DNA of 64,000 nt from NCBI GenBank assembly GCA_905182185.1, contig CAJJAP010000001.1:139167-203166 (forward strand), in the 5' to 3' direction. Below are positions 10,936 through 20,532 of this stretch, in pieces. The notes below the pieces were generated by a model, which did not search any database, was not told the origin of the DNA, and was given only the letters and a program-made list of their open reading frames with translations. This DNA comes from an uncultured Candidatus Poseidoniales archaeon. Lineage in GTDB: Archaea > Thermoplasmatota > Poseidoniia > Poseidoniales > Poseidoniaceae. How positions within the stretch are numbered: the first letter of the stretch is position 1; each line of letters begins with the position of its first letter. The position numbers were made by a program, and so were the translations under genes.

Positions 10936-11111
10936 ATCTTTTTAAGAACTAATAAGTTCAATAATTAGATTTCGAATGACTGCATATGGCTTTTCCTCTT
11001 TAGTATTCAAAAGCGCTCTACTGGTCCGTTGACAAAGCCATTGTTTAAGACCTGTCGCGAGTGGTGAGGGGATTAAGGTCGGGGCGAAATTCTCGGCAAT
11101 GAGGGATAGGG

Positions 11112-14100
11112 ATGTATCTTAAAGCACTTGAAGTATGTAATTTTAAATCGTTTAAAGGCGAAGTAACAGTTCCTTTAGACAGGGGTTTCACTGCGATAAC
11201 CGGGCCTAATGGTTCTGGTAAATCAAATTGCGGTGATGCGATTCAATTCGTACTAGGTCCCCGTTCAAACAAGGTTATCCGTGCTCAGAATTCAAAAGAT
11301 TTGATTTTCAATGGCGGTAAAAACAACAAACCAGCACGCTCATGTTCAGTCACATTAGTATTTGCCAATCCTACATTATCCAACGGACGTAGACGCCTTC
11401 CAATCGATTTAGAAGAAGTCCGCTTATCTCGTACTGTTCGTTTGACCAAAGCAAATAATGTTGTGACTCAATATCTCCTAGATGGCGTTGAGAGTACTCA
11501 AAAGTCATTTCATCGACTTCTAGGTGCTGCAAATGCTCGCCCAGATGGGTACAATATTGTCCTACAAGGCGATGTCACTAATCTCGCGAAAATGACCTCT
11601 AAAGAGCGCCGTAAGGTGCTAGATGGTGTTGCTGGCGTCACTTCATATGATGACGAGATAAGAAAGGCGGATAAGCAAAGAGACCAAGTCGAAGGATATA
11701 TTGAAAGAATCGGTATGCTTGAAGAGGAGCAAAAAGGCCGCCTTAAGGATTTGAAGAAAGAGAAAGACCTTGCGATTAAAGTAAGAGATTTGGTAACGGA
11801 ACTAACCGAGTCAAGAATCATTTCCTATCAGTCAAAATACGCATCACAAAAATCAGAAATCGCTTACCAAGTTAATGAACAGAGCAGATATCTTACAGAA
11901 TCAAACGACCTTAAAGAAGAAGTCAGGCAAGGGAGCAAGATACTCCTTGGACTAGAGGACCAAATCGGGGAATTACAAAAAGAAATCGATGCTCTGATGG
12001 GTGGGGATACCAATGGATTGCAGCAACAGATTCAGAATCTTCAAGTCACCATTGCCACCAACGGAGATCTGATACGGGATGCTGAAGAAAAAGATGTAGA
12101 AGATAAAATCGAATTACAAGAGTTATTCGACAGCCTTCAAGAAGCAAAACAATCCCTGACAGCGTTTGCGGAGAGCCTTTCTTCAGCTAGAGGTGATTTG
12201 GAAATTGCAAAAATAGCATTTCAAGAAGCCGAACAAGAAGAAGCAGATGTAAGCGCACTGTTAGAATCATCTGGTGAATCAACAGCCCAATTATCACGCA
12301 ATTTATCAAAGGCAACCGAGAAGGTTGAACTTTGCCGAAAAGCAATGGCGGATGCTCAAAGTGAGGTTGACCGTACTGCGGCTCAAGCAGAAGTGATCGA
12401 GGAGCAATTAGTCGCTGCCCAAGATGCCGCCGAGGAAGCACGAATGGCCTTTGAGGAACTTGAATTAAAAGGTGAGGAATTTGGCGGCGAGAACCCAGAA
12501 AAGGATAGGGCGAAACTTGCAACTGAATTGCATACATCTCAAAACGCAGAATCAAAATTATCCGAAGAATCACAACTTGTCGAGAATCGGCTTCGTGAAA
12601 CTGAACGTAAATTGATTAGTGCAAGAAATGAAATGGAATCCAGAACGGGTGCTAAGGGATTAGCAGGCGGTTCAGCAGCTGTAATTGCAGCAAGAGATAG
12701 AGGTGAATTACGCGGTATCATTGGAACAATAGCAGAATTATGTGCTCCTAAAGACAATTCTCATGAAGATGCACTATCGGCCGCAATTGGCGGTGGAATG
12801 ACCTCAGTTGTTGTTGAAAACGATGAAGTTGCAGCAAATGCCATCAAATGGCTTTCAGAGAAAAGGGCTGGAAGAGCAACATTCCTACCTCTAAATCGAC
12901 TAGCAAATACTAGAGCAGCCGGTAAGGCTGTAATGGTAGCAAGAAAACCCGGTGTTGTTGGATTTGCATACGAGTTGCTCGATTATGACCCTAGAATCGA
13001 TATCGCAGTTCGTTTTGCTTTGAGAAATACTCTAATTGTAGATTCAATGTCTACCGCCCGAGCAAATATGGGCGGTGTGAGATTAGTAACACTGCGTGGC
13101 GATGTTACCGAAACAGGTGGTGCAATGATAGGCGGTTCTAAGCGTAAAATGTCAGTTTCATTCGGTGGCAGAGTACAAGGTGCAAACGAAGTTGAATCAC
13201 TAACTGCGGAAGTAGAAAGGCTAAGATTAATGTCAGAAACTGTAAATGGAGCACTCATAGATGCTAGAAAGGTTCAATCTGAAGTAAGGGCTAAAATCAA
13301 TACACTCACTGATGGAGAACATGCTTCAAAGCAACAAGAATGGCGTGCTGAACTAAGACAGGCCAGGACAAATCACAACAAATCGTTGGGAGCAGTTGCT
13401 GTTATCGAAGGAAAATTAAGTACTTTGCAAAGCCAAGCGAGTCAAACACTCGCTGCATTAGATGTTGCTCAAAAACAATTTGAGCAATCAGAGAGTGATA
13501 GAACCGTGGCACAAGCAAGTCTGGAAAATGCCAGCCCAGCACATCTTAAGGAACGTTTACACAAGGCTGAAGTCAAGCGATTAGAAGCTCAAGGTTTGAG
13601 GAATAGGGCCCAAGATGCACTTGCTAGTGGTTCAGATCATAGAGATTTATTGGATAGCAGAGTTATTGAATTGGATGGGAGAATCTCTTCAATTGATAGT
13701 GCTATTGTATCTCGTAGTGAAAAGATAGACTTAATGCAAGCAGCCATAGCAACTGATTCTATAGAGCTGGCTGCTAAGGAGATTGAGCGTTCAGAATTCC
13801 TTGAAGAAAATCAAGGATTGGAGAATGAGCGTGTTCAATTAGTTGAGGAAAGGGCTTCGCTAAGAGCAGATTTAACTCAGAAAGCAAATGACGCAACCTC
13901 TCGCAACCAAATGGCCGAAGAAATAGGCCGCTCACTGACCTTGAAGGAAGAAACACTGAGTGATTTATTGTCTGAAATGTCAGATTCTGATATTGAGCCA
14001 GCGCAAATCGATGTGACCCTGCCTAGTGTTGGGGATGCAGAAAAGAAAGTTAGAGGTCTTGAGCGTCGTCTTGAAGGATATGGCCCTGTCAATATGCTAG

Positions 14101-15032
14101 CGATTGAGCAATACGATCATTGTCAAGAAAGACTTGACGAAATGAGAGACGATTTCAAAACATTACAGAGCCGCCGTAAGCATTTATTGGATGTTACAGA
14201 GCAATTAGAATTACAACGAAAGGAACGCCTGTTAAATGTTCTCGAGAAGGTAAATGAGAATTTCAAGGTCGCATATAATGCTCTAAGCGATGGAGGGCGT
14301 GGTGAATTATTCCTCGAAAATCCAAAAGAACCATTCAAGGGTGGTCTGGAACTTTGGGCACAACCACGTGGTAAATCTGCTAAGGTGACACGACACCAAC
14401 TATCGGGTGGAGAACAATCAATGGCAGCACTTGCTCTGATTTTCGCAATTCAGGATTATGACCCTAGCCCATTCTACTACTTTGATGAAGTCGACCAAAA
14501 TCTTGATGGGTATAACGCTGAAAGAATTGCTAAAATGTGCAGTGAGCGTTCAAAGAGAGCGCAATTCATCATGGTGACACTGCGCAAGGTTTCATTGCGC
14601 TTAGCCGACCATCACATCGGGATTACTCACGGTGGCGATGGATGTAGTCGTCGTATTGTTGATTTCGATAAGGAAAGAGCATTGGAATTGGGTGCTAAGG
14701 CTTTGAAAGAAGCCAATGCGGCATCTGAACAAAACCAATCACGTATCGATGAAGCAGCAGCGGCCTCAATTGAGATGCCATTGGTTCCTGATTCATTGGA
14801 AACCCCTAGTTCACTAGGAGGTATTTTGTCACTTTTGAATGATAAATTCACAGAAAGTGGTGCGGAATCAAACACACTAGCTTCTTTGAGCGAACGCACT
14901 GCCGATATGACTGAAGATATTGAGGAGAGGGTAGAAATTTCTAAAGCAATATTAGCGGAAGAAGATGAAGAAGATGACGAGTCTGAAGTTGAGCAAACAC
15001 AAGTTGTTGGCGAAGAGGAAACATTGGAGTGA
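11112..15032 (+). CDS. smc: Chromosome segregation ATPase SMC, with an extra ~130-aa acidic C-terminal tail
   Basis: Walker A GPNGSGKSN, long coiled coils, a hinge region, signature LSGGEQS, Walker B FYYFDEVDQNLD. The tail ends EDEEDDESEVEQTQVVGEEETLE. Confidence 0.95.
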   Translation: MYLKALEVCNFKSFKGEVTVPLDRGFTAITGPNGSGKSNCGDAIQFVLGPRSNKVIRAQNSKDLIFNGGKNNKPARSCSVTLVFANPTLSNGRRRLPIDLEEVRLSRTVRLTKANNVVTQYLLDGVESTQKSFHRLLGAANARPDGYNIVLQGDVTNLAKMTSKERRKVLDGVAGVTSYDDEIRKADKQRDQVEGYIERIGMLEEEQKGRLKDLKKEKDLAIKVRDLVTELTESRIISYQSKYASQKSEIAYQVNEQSRYLTESNDLKEEVRQGSKILLGLEDQIGELQKEIDALMGGDTNGLQQQIQNLQVTIATNGDLIRDAEEKDVEDKIELQELFDSLQEAKQSLTAFAESLSSARGDLEIAKIAFQEAEQEEADVSALLESSGESTAQLSRNLSKATEKVELCRKAMADAQSEVDRTAAQAEVIEEQLVAAQDAAEEARMAFEELELKGEEFGGENPEKDRAKLATELHTSQNAESKLSEESQLVENRLRETERKLISARNEMESRTGAKGLAGGSAAVIAARDRGELRGIIGTIAELCAPKDNSHEDALSAAIGGGMTSVVVENDEVAANAIKWLSEKRAGRATFLPLNRLANTRAAGKAVMVARKPGVVGFAYELLDYDPRIDIAVRFALRNTLIVDSMSTARANMGGVRLVTLRGDVTETGGAMIGGSKRKMSVSFGGRVQGANEVESLTAEVERLRLMSETVNGALIDARKVQSEVRAKINTLTDGEHASKQQEWRAELRQARTNHNKSLGAVAVIEGKLSTLQSQASQTLAALDVAQKQFEQSESDRTVAQASLENASPAHLKERLHKAEVKRLEAQGLRNRAQDALASGSDHRDLLDSRVIELDGRISSIDSAIVSRSEKIDLMQAAIATDSIELAAKEIERSEFLEENQGLENERVQLVEERASLRADLTQKANDATSRNQMAEEIGRSLTLKEETLSDLLSEMSDSDIEPAQIDVTLPSVGDAEKKVRGLERRLEGYGPVNMLAIEQYDHCQERLDEMRDDFKTLQSRRKHLLDVTEQLELQRKERLLNVLEKVNENFKVAYNALSDGGRGELFLENPKEPFKGGLELWAQPRGKSAKVTRHQLSGGEQSMAALALIFAIQDYDPSPFYYFDEVDQNLDGYNAERIAKMCSERSKRAQFIMVTLRKVSLRLADHHIGITHGGDGCSRRIVDFDKERALELGAKALKEANAASEQNQSRIDEAAAASIEMPLVPDSLETPSSLGGILSLLNDKFTESGAESNTLASLSERTADMTEDIEERVEISKAILAEEDEEDDESEVEQTQVVGEEETLE

Positions 15033-15037
15033 GAATA

Positions 15038-16306
15038 ATGGCAGAACATCAGGCTGTTTTGGATAAATGGTTCCTCAGGCAGGACATCATAGATCAATTA
15101 CTGGAGTCGGGTGAAGAAAATCGTGAAGCTCAGTCCTTTAGTGACCGTATTATTGCTATCGCAAAAACTGAAGAAGCTGAACATCAAAGTCTAGAAGATC
15201 CTTTCGACCGTTCTGTAGCATTAGTTCTATCATTGGTTAGAGAAGAAGGGTTAGATGCCTGGAATATTGATTTATCGGCATTCTTGAAAGTATTTACTAC
15301 AAGGGTAAAATCACAAGCATCCGGGTTGGATTTACCTGCCTGTGGCCGATTAATCCGGCTTTCGTGGGAGGTGTTGAATCATCAAGCAGCAATATTGTTT
15401 GAAAGGGTTCAACGTGCTGATGAAGAAGATGATTGGGATGATGACATGGAATTTGGCTGGGAAGCAGAATATGATGATGAAGCATTTTTCTTTACCAATG
15501 CAGTCCTTGAAGGTGGTGCAGACTCTGTTTTACCTTCATTATTTGACGAGAGAGTACGTAGGGCTGAAGGTCGACCAGTGACTCTCGGTGAATTATTATC
15601 TGCATTCAAAGATGCTGCAGATGATGCAGAAGAATTGAAATTGAGAGAGGCAAATAGAATTGCACACGAAAAAGAATTATCTGAATACTTATCCGACATT
15701 GGTGGCAGAATGCACAATGAAGACCTAGAAGGTGATATCGAACGCTGCTGGCGAGCATTGAGACAAACATGTCTCAAAGCAGGGGCCAATAAGGTTCCAG
15801 TAGCAGATGTGATGGAAGAATTGAAACTAATCCTGGAACAAACATATGGTTCAGTGCCAGAGGGATATCAAGATGAAGCCAAAGTATCTTCATTTATCGC
15901 AGGTTTATTCTTGACACATCGTGGAATTGCTAGTATTTATCAAGATACTGTCCCTGATGGGATAATCTATCTTGAAGATATAAGGCCAAACAATAATTTT
16001 GCTGAAATTATTGAAATGATAAAATCGGAGCAGGAGCAAGAATCTATCCGCATCCAAGAACAAGTTACAGGCTCACAACGTCACACAGACAATTTGTTAG
16101 TTCGGGCTAATAAGGCTAAACAAAAGGAAGAAAAATCGCTGAAAAAGGCTATTGAATTATCGCAAACAGAAGAGGCCGTTGAAATCTCATTGGGTCCAGA
16201 ACAAGTACAGCATATTACCACTCAAGAGGACGCCTTTGAAGCAGATCGAAGCAACCCAGAACATGTAGAGGAATCATTAGATAACCATGAATGGTTGGTG
16301 GAGTAA
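15038..16306 (+). CDS. scpA: Segregation and condensation protein A (kleisin), expanded (alternative GTG start 15029 overlapping the smc stop)
   Basis: Directly follows smc and precedes scpB. The N-terminal LDAWNIDLSAFL and the C-terminal winged-helix-like part fit ScpA. It is longer than typical ScpA because of acidic inserts. Confidence 0.75.
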   Translation: MAEHQAVLDKWFLRQDIIDQLLESGEENREAQSFSDRIIAIAKTEEAEHQSLEDPFDRSVALVLSLVREEGLDAWNIDLSAFLKVFTTRVKSQASGLDLPACGRLIRLSWEVLNHQAAILFERVQRADEEDDWDDDMEFGWEAEYDDEAFFFTNAVLEGGADSVLPSLFDERVRRAEGRPVTLGELLSAFKDAADDAEELKLREANRIAHEKELSEYLSDIGGRMHNEDLEGDIERCWRALRQTCLKAGANKVPVADVMEELKLILEQTYGSVPEGYQDEAKVSSFIAGLFLTHRGIASIYQDTVPDGIIYLEDIRPNNNFAEIIEMIKSEQEQESIRIQEQVTGSQRHTDNLLVRANKAKQKEEKSLKKAIELSQTEEAVEISLGPEQVQHITTQEDAFEADRSNPEHVEESLDNHEWLVE

Positions 16307-16318
16307 GGAGTTATTTAC

Positions 16319-16933
16319 ATGAGTGAGTTGCCATTGGAATCATTACTTGAAGCAACATTGTTCGGAGCAGGTCGTTCAATGACAATTTCTGAATTATCGG
16401 AGTCATTAGGCTATGATGCCGAAGAGACGATAGATTCTCTTCATTCACTTAGAGCCACCTTGAAACGCCGCAGAGGCGGCGCTCTACAAATAGCGGAAAT
16501 TGGTGACCGTTGGGCTATTGAAGTCAAACCACAAATTGCAGATCATCTACCTAAAGAGGCAAGAACTGAAATCCCTCAAAAGTTACTCAAAGCCGCTGCT
16601 CTAATCGCATACCACCAACCTATGGCACAATCAAGATTAGTTGAGTTATTGGGGCAAAAAGCATATGATTACGTCCGAGAACTGGCGCAATTGGGAATGG
16701 TTGACCGGAGAAAAGATGGAAATACCCGCAGATTGATTACCACTCGAAGATTTTCGGAATCCTTCGGTTGCCCATTTACTGAAAGAAAGAAGGTCAAGGC
16801 ATGGTTTAGAGAGCAAGTACAATCATCTGGTATGCTGGATGGGATGGTCGGTGCTGAAACACTTCTGGAAGAAGAAGATATCGACTTGACAGTACAATCA
16901 ACTTTACCCATTTTAGAACAAGCAGAAGAATGA
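16319..16933 (+). CDS. scpB: Segregation and condensation protein B
   Basis: LLEATLFGAGRSMTISEL... and AALIAYHQPMAQSRLVELLG are tandem winged-helix ScpB motifs. Synteny with smc-scpA. Confidence 0.8.
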   Translation: MSELPLESLLEATLFGAGRSMTISELSESLGYDAEETIDSLHSLRATLKRRRGGALQIAEIGDRWAIEVKPQIADHLPKEARTEIPQKLLKAAALIAYHQPMAQSRLVELLGQKAYDYVRELAQLGMVDRRKDGNTRRLITTRRFSESFGCPFTERKKVKAWFREQVQSSGMLDGMVGAETLLEEEDIDLTVQSTLPILEQAEE

Positions 16934-16935
16934 AA

Positions 16936-18234
16936 TTATTCATTTCTTAGTTGTTCGAGTAACTCTTGGACTTTAGTTTGAGTTTTAGGGCCGCTGAAAG
17001 CCTGTAATCGCTGTGCGATGATTCCGACTTCGTCGTCTGAAGCGCCTGCGCTAACCGCCATATTGCGAGAATGTAGTTTCATATGACCAGCTTGAATTCC
17101 GCTGGTTGATAGTGCTCTTAGAGCTCCTAGATTCTGTGCCAATCCAGATGCAACGATGACACCTGCTAATTCTTGAGCGGAATCGACACCGAGGATAGCC
17201 AAATTAGCCCTGGCAACAGGGTGAACCTTACTCGCTCCCCCGACAATCCCTACGGCCATTGGAGTCTCAATAGAGCCCACAAGGTCGCCATTCTCATCCT
17301 GCACCCATTGTGTCATCGATGAGTATATTCCTGATTGATGCGAAGCCCAAGCATGGCATCCTGCTTCTATTGCTCTCCAATCCTGCCCACAGGCTATTGA
17401 GACGCTACTGATGGCATTCATCACTCCTTTGTTATGTGTGACGGCTCTAAAGGGGTCTGCGATAGCGAAATGATATGCTTCTAATATGCCTGTGATTATT
17501 TGTAGTCCATTTTCACGAGTTCCATCATCGGATAACTCCTCTGCAGTAAAAGTGGCCTCAACTCTTGCTAATCGGTGTGCTGCGAGGTTGGATAATATCT
17601 TCAAATGGACTCTTCCACCGGTTAGTCTTTCAACTTCAGGGGCAATTAGTTCGGCCATTGTATTGACTGCATTTGCACCCATAGCATCTCTTGTATCAAC
17701 CAAAATGTGCAATATTAGCATTGGACCGGATAGGCTCTCAATCACTCTCAATTCTATTTCTTTACAGCCACCACCCAGTTTGATCATCATACTTGGCCGG
17801 TCATTGCATATTTTCATCAATTCCTCTTTGGAATTTTCAATACTAGAAATCGCAGCAGGAATATCGGATAAATCTAGAATCTGTAATTGCCCAATCATCA
17901 TTGGGCCGTCATTATTTGTCCGAAAACCGCCCCTAGAAAGGCAACGCTTAGCCATATTGGATGCTGCGGCAACAACACTAGACTCCTCTAAACAGAATGG
18001 TATTAGGTAGTGTTTTCCATCAATGACAAAGTTTGTTGCTACTCCAACTGGTAAGGACATAGTCCCAATTACATTCTCGATCATATTGTTGGCAGCATCT
18101 TCAGATAACTCGCCATGGGCTGCCAATGCATCGATTTGCTCTTGGCTGAGTTCTGCTGCTTCGGCTACGATTTGCCTACGCTCAGCAACAGTTAATCGGA
18201 AAAAACCACTGAGGCGACTATTTTCAACTGACAT
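16936..18234 (-). CDS. hmgA: HMG-CoA reductase, class II (bacterial-like)
   Basis: IENVIGTMSLPVGVATNFVIDGKHYLIPFCLEESSVVAAASN matches the class II ENVIG/EEPS block. ~430 aa with no membrane domain. Confidence 0.9.
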   Translation of the reverse strand: MSVENSRLSGFFRLTVAERRQIVAEAAELSQEQIDALAAHGELSEDAANNMIENVIGTMSLPVGVATNFVIDGKHYLIPFCLEESSVVAAASNMAKRCLSRGGFRTNNDGPMMIGQLQILDLSDIPAAISSIENSKEELMKICNDRPSMMIKLGGGCKEIELRVIESLSGPMLILHILVDTRDAMGANAVNTMAELIAPEVERLTGGRVHLKILSNLAAHRLARVEATFTAEELSDDGTRENGLQIITGILEAYHFAIADPFRAVTHNKGVMNAISSVSIACGQDWRAIEAGCHAWASHQSGIYSSMTQWVQDENGDLVGSIETPMAVGIVGGASKVHPVARANLAILGVDSAQELAGVIVASGLAQNLGALRALSTSGIQAGHMKLHSRNMAVSAGASDDEVGIIAQRLQAFSGPKTQTKVQELLEQLRNE

Positions 18235-18334
18235 ATTACTTCCTCTGTGCTAAGCCACTAATCTCAATCACATCAAGACATCGCTTGATTAGATTTGGAT
18301 GTATTGTTTTTGCAATTCTTAGATTGTTCATTTC

Positions 18335-18390
18335 TTAACGGGTCTAACGCTTGGCCTAACGCGTTAACCGTGTGTTAATGGTGCGTTAAT
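18335..18390. promoter_or_regulatory. Mirror array of TAAC/GTTA half-sites centred on the perfect palindrome TAACGCGTTA, in a divergent promoter region
   Basis: tTAACG 18335-40, cTAACGC 18344-50 and 18356-62. Mirrored GCGTTAA 18361-67, GTGTTAA 18372-78 and GCGTTAA 18383-89 (11-nt spacing on the right arm). The 10-bp palindrome is at 18357-18366. Confidence 0.3.
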
Positions 18391-18507
18391 TGGGTCTTCA
18401 AAGATACTCCATTGGTACTATGGTGATTTGATTAGCGTGTCTTAACACGTCTTAGTGGCCTCTTGATTAGGTCAAACAATAAATACCCATTGGGGGTTGC
18501 TTGGGAT

Positions 18508-20532
18508 ATGCGGATAGAAGGTAAAGAGATTGAACTGCCCCACCTATTGCAGAATCCATTTTCTACAGCACCACTGGAAGGAGGCCAAAAAAGCCTGTTA
18601 GTGGGGCGTAATGAGGTATTTAATGGCCTAGCCCAACATATCAATTTCCGCTCAACTAGGCGTATTTTGATGGTGGGTAGTGTTGGTTCTGGTCGAACTT
18701 CATTGTTGAGGTGCTTAGGTAATGAGGCGCCACTTTCGCTGCACTTAGACCATATTCATGCATCTACTCCTGCTAAAAGCCTGTTGGAATCATTATATCG
18801 TGGATTAGTTGGCCCGAATATCCCCCCACATTATTCGGCGATAGTTTCAGAAATGGTTGAAACGAGTAAATCTTTCACAGACAAGCTTCCACTGGTGGTA
18901 ATCGATGTACCTACGATTGATTCTGCAGTTCTGAATGTGGCACTAAGAGATACTTTGCCGGTAATAGAAAGACTGCAAGTATTGATGGTGGTGGTATTGG
19001 ACCATAAGCAAAAAGTGCATTTGCCCGAAGAGGTGTCGAAGAGGTTTGAGATTGTCAATACTCTGAATTCGTTAAGTGTTGAATCAGTTCAAGAACTGGT
19101 TAATTTAAGAATACGTTCGGTTTGCAAAACCCCATATTCGTTGCTAAAAGAGGATGCTGAGCACCTACTGGCTACAACTGACGGCCTTCCTGCATCGATT
19201 ATCAGGGTGATGAGGGATGCTGTGGATAACAATCGAATGGCACAAAACCGAGGAGCTCAGAGTAGTGTGAATTACATTTCTCAAGATCGAAAGGGATTCG
19301 ATACGAGTGCGATATTGCCTACGCAACAGCCCGACGCATCTACAACGGGAATTTTCACCTCCACACATGACCTATCTGCTAATGCTTTGACATCCGAGTC
19401 AAGTATTGAGGAAAACAGTGATGATGCGAAATTAGACGCCCCTATGGCAGATAATCACCAAAGCGAGGTTTTTGATGTACCACTGACTGAATTAGGTGAC
19501 GAATACCTCACAGGAGACGAAAAACCAATAGGATTTTCAAAAGATGATGATGTAGAGATCATGGACGCTTCTATCGATTGGCAATCTAGGCCTCAAAATG
19601 ATGAACCGAATAGCGAAACAATGCAAGATGATGATTTCCAAGAAATACAAGGCCCAGGCGGTTCACTTTCCGGATTCGATTTGAATTTAGATGATTTAGT
19701 TAGTTCAAAGGATAAAGACGCCCCTCTAAAGGGAACACCATTTGATGTTTTGGATAGTGATGAGATCAATAATGAAACAACTAAGCCAATTTCTATGGAA
19801 GCGGTAGGGATGTTCGGGTCATTGCTTGGAAGAACCAAAGGAGCTCCCGCTAGATCAATTCAAAACCCTGATGATTATGAAAAATCAGATGCTGAAGATG
19901 GGGCAGAATTGTGGGTTGCCAAAGAGTCTAATCTGCTCGATGAATCAAGCGATGAGGAATTAGAAGGGGATGGTACTGCGATGCTGCATGACGAAACAGG
20001 TTTCATGGATGGCGATTTAGAAGTTACTATCGAAGATGAAACTAGTTTTTCGAGTGATGAAAGTAATTATCAAGATACAGGGAATATGGAATTTAATTCT
20101 GGCTTTGCCTCAAAAGACGACATGAAGACGTTCTCAAATCTAGTCAATGCACTTCAAACTGCTTTACTGGTACCGCAAAAACAAGATGGGACAATTGACC
20201 GAAGGAGGTTGATCGATGCTCTTACAAGTTTGAGGCAACCAAAGTCGGGGGAGCGAATTTCCCATCCACTAAATCCGAGCCTATTATCGGATTTATCACC
20301 CCATGAAGCAGTTGTTGTCGCAACAGCAAATGAAAGAAAGTATTCTCCATCAGACCAAGAGTTATTACAAGAATTAAACATAAAAAGGGCTAGACTGTCG
20401 CAAATAAGTAATCGCTTACATAAGGGTGGAATACTCAATGCTCGAAAAGTTGGGAAAAGCCGACTGTTCACATTAACTCAATCTGCAAGAGCCCAATTGA
20501 GTGCATGGAATCTGATGGGGGGTGAGTCCTAA
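18508..20532 (+). CDS. Orc1/Cdc6-like AAA+ protein with degenerate Walker motifs, a ~330-aa acidic low-complexity linker and a C-terminal winged helix (alternative TTG start 18463)
   Basis: P-loop GSVGSGRTS (Lys replaced by Arg), Walker B-like VVIDVP, lid-like GLPASIIRVMRDAV. C-terminal RARLSQISNRLHKGGILNARKVGKSRLFTLT. Confidence 0.7.
   Translation: MRIEGKEIELPHLLQNPFSTAPLEGGQKSLLVGRNEVFNGLAQHINFRSTRRILMVGSVGSGRTSLLRCLGNEAPLSLHLDHIHASTPAKSLLESLYRGLVGPNIPPHYSAIVSEMVETSKSFTDKLPLVVIDVPTIDSAVLNVALRDTLPVIERLQVLMVVVLDHKQKVHLPEEVSKRFEIVNTLNSLSVESVQELVNLRIRSVCKTPYSLLKEDAEHLLATTDGLPASIIRVMRDAVDNNRMAQNRGAQSSVNYISQDRKGFDTSAILPTQQPDASTTGIFTSTHDLSANALTSESSIEENSDDAKLDAPMADNHQSEVFDVPLTELGDEYLTGDEKPIGFSKDDDVEIMDASIDWQSRPQNDEPNSETMQDDDFQEIQGPGGSLSGFDLNLDDLVSSKDKDAPLKGTPFDVLDSDEINNETTKPISMEAVGMFGSLLGRTKGAPARSIQNPDDYEKSDAEDGAELWVAKESNLLDESSDEELEGDGTAMLHDETGFMDGDLEVTIEDETSFSSDESNYQDTGNMEFNSGFASKDDMKTFSNLVNALQTALLVPQKQDGTIDRRRLIDALTSLRQPKSGERISHPLNPSLLSDLSPHEAVVVATANERKYSPSDQELLQELNIKRARLSQISNRLHKGGILNARKVGKSRLFTLTQSARAQLSAWNLMGGES

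Noticed and set aside
17486-18010. 174-aa plus-strand ORF inside hmgA, plus similar long shadows at 22930-23490 (inside aIF2-gamma), 35607-36104, 39871-40248, 58394-58906 and 14627-15097.
   Set aside because: All are antisense to genes with clear family motifs, and their composition is typical of reverse-frame noise.
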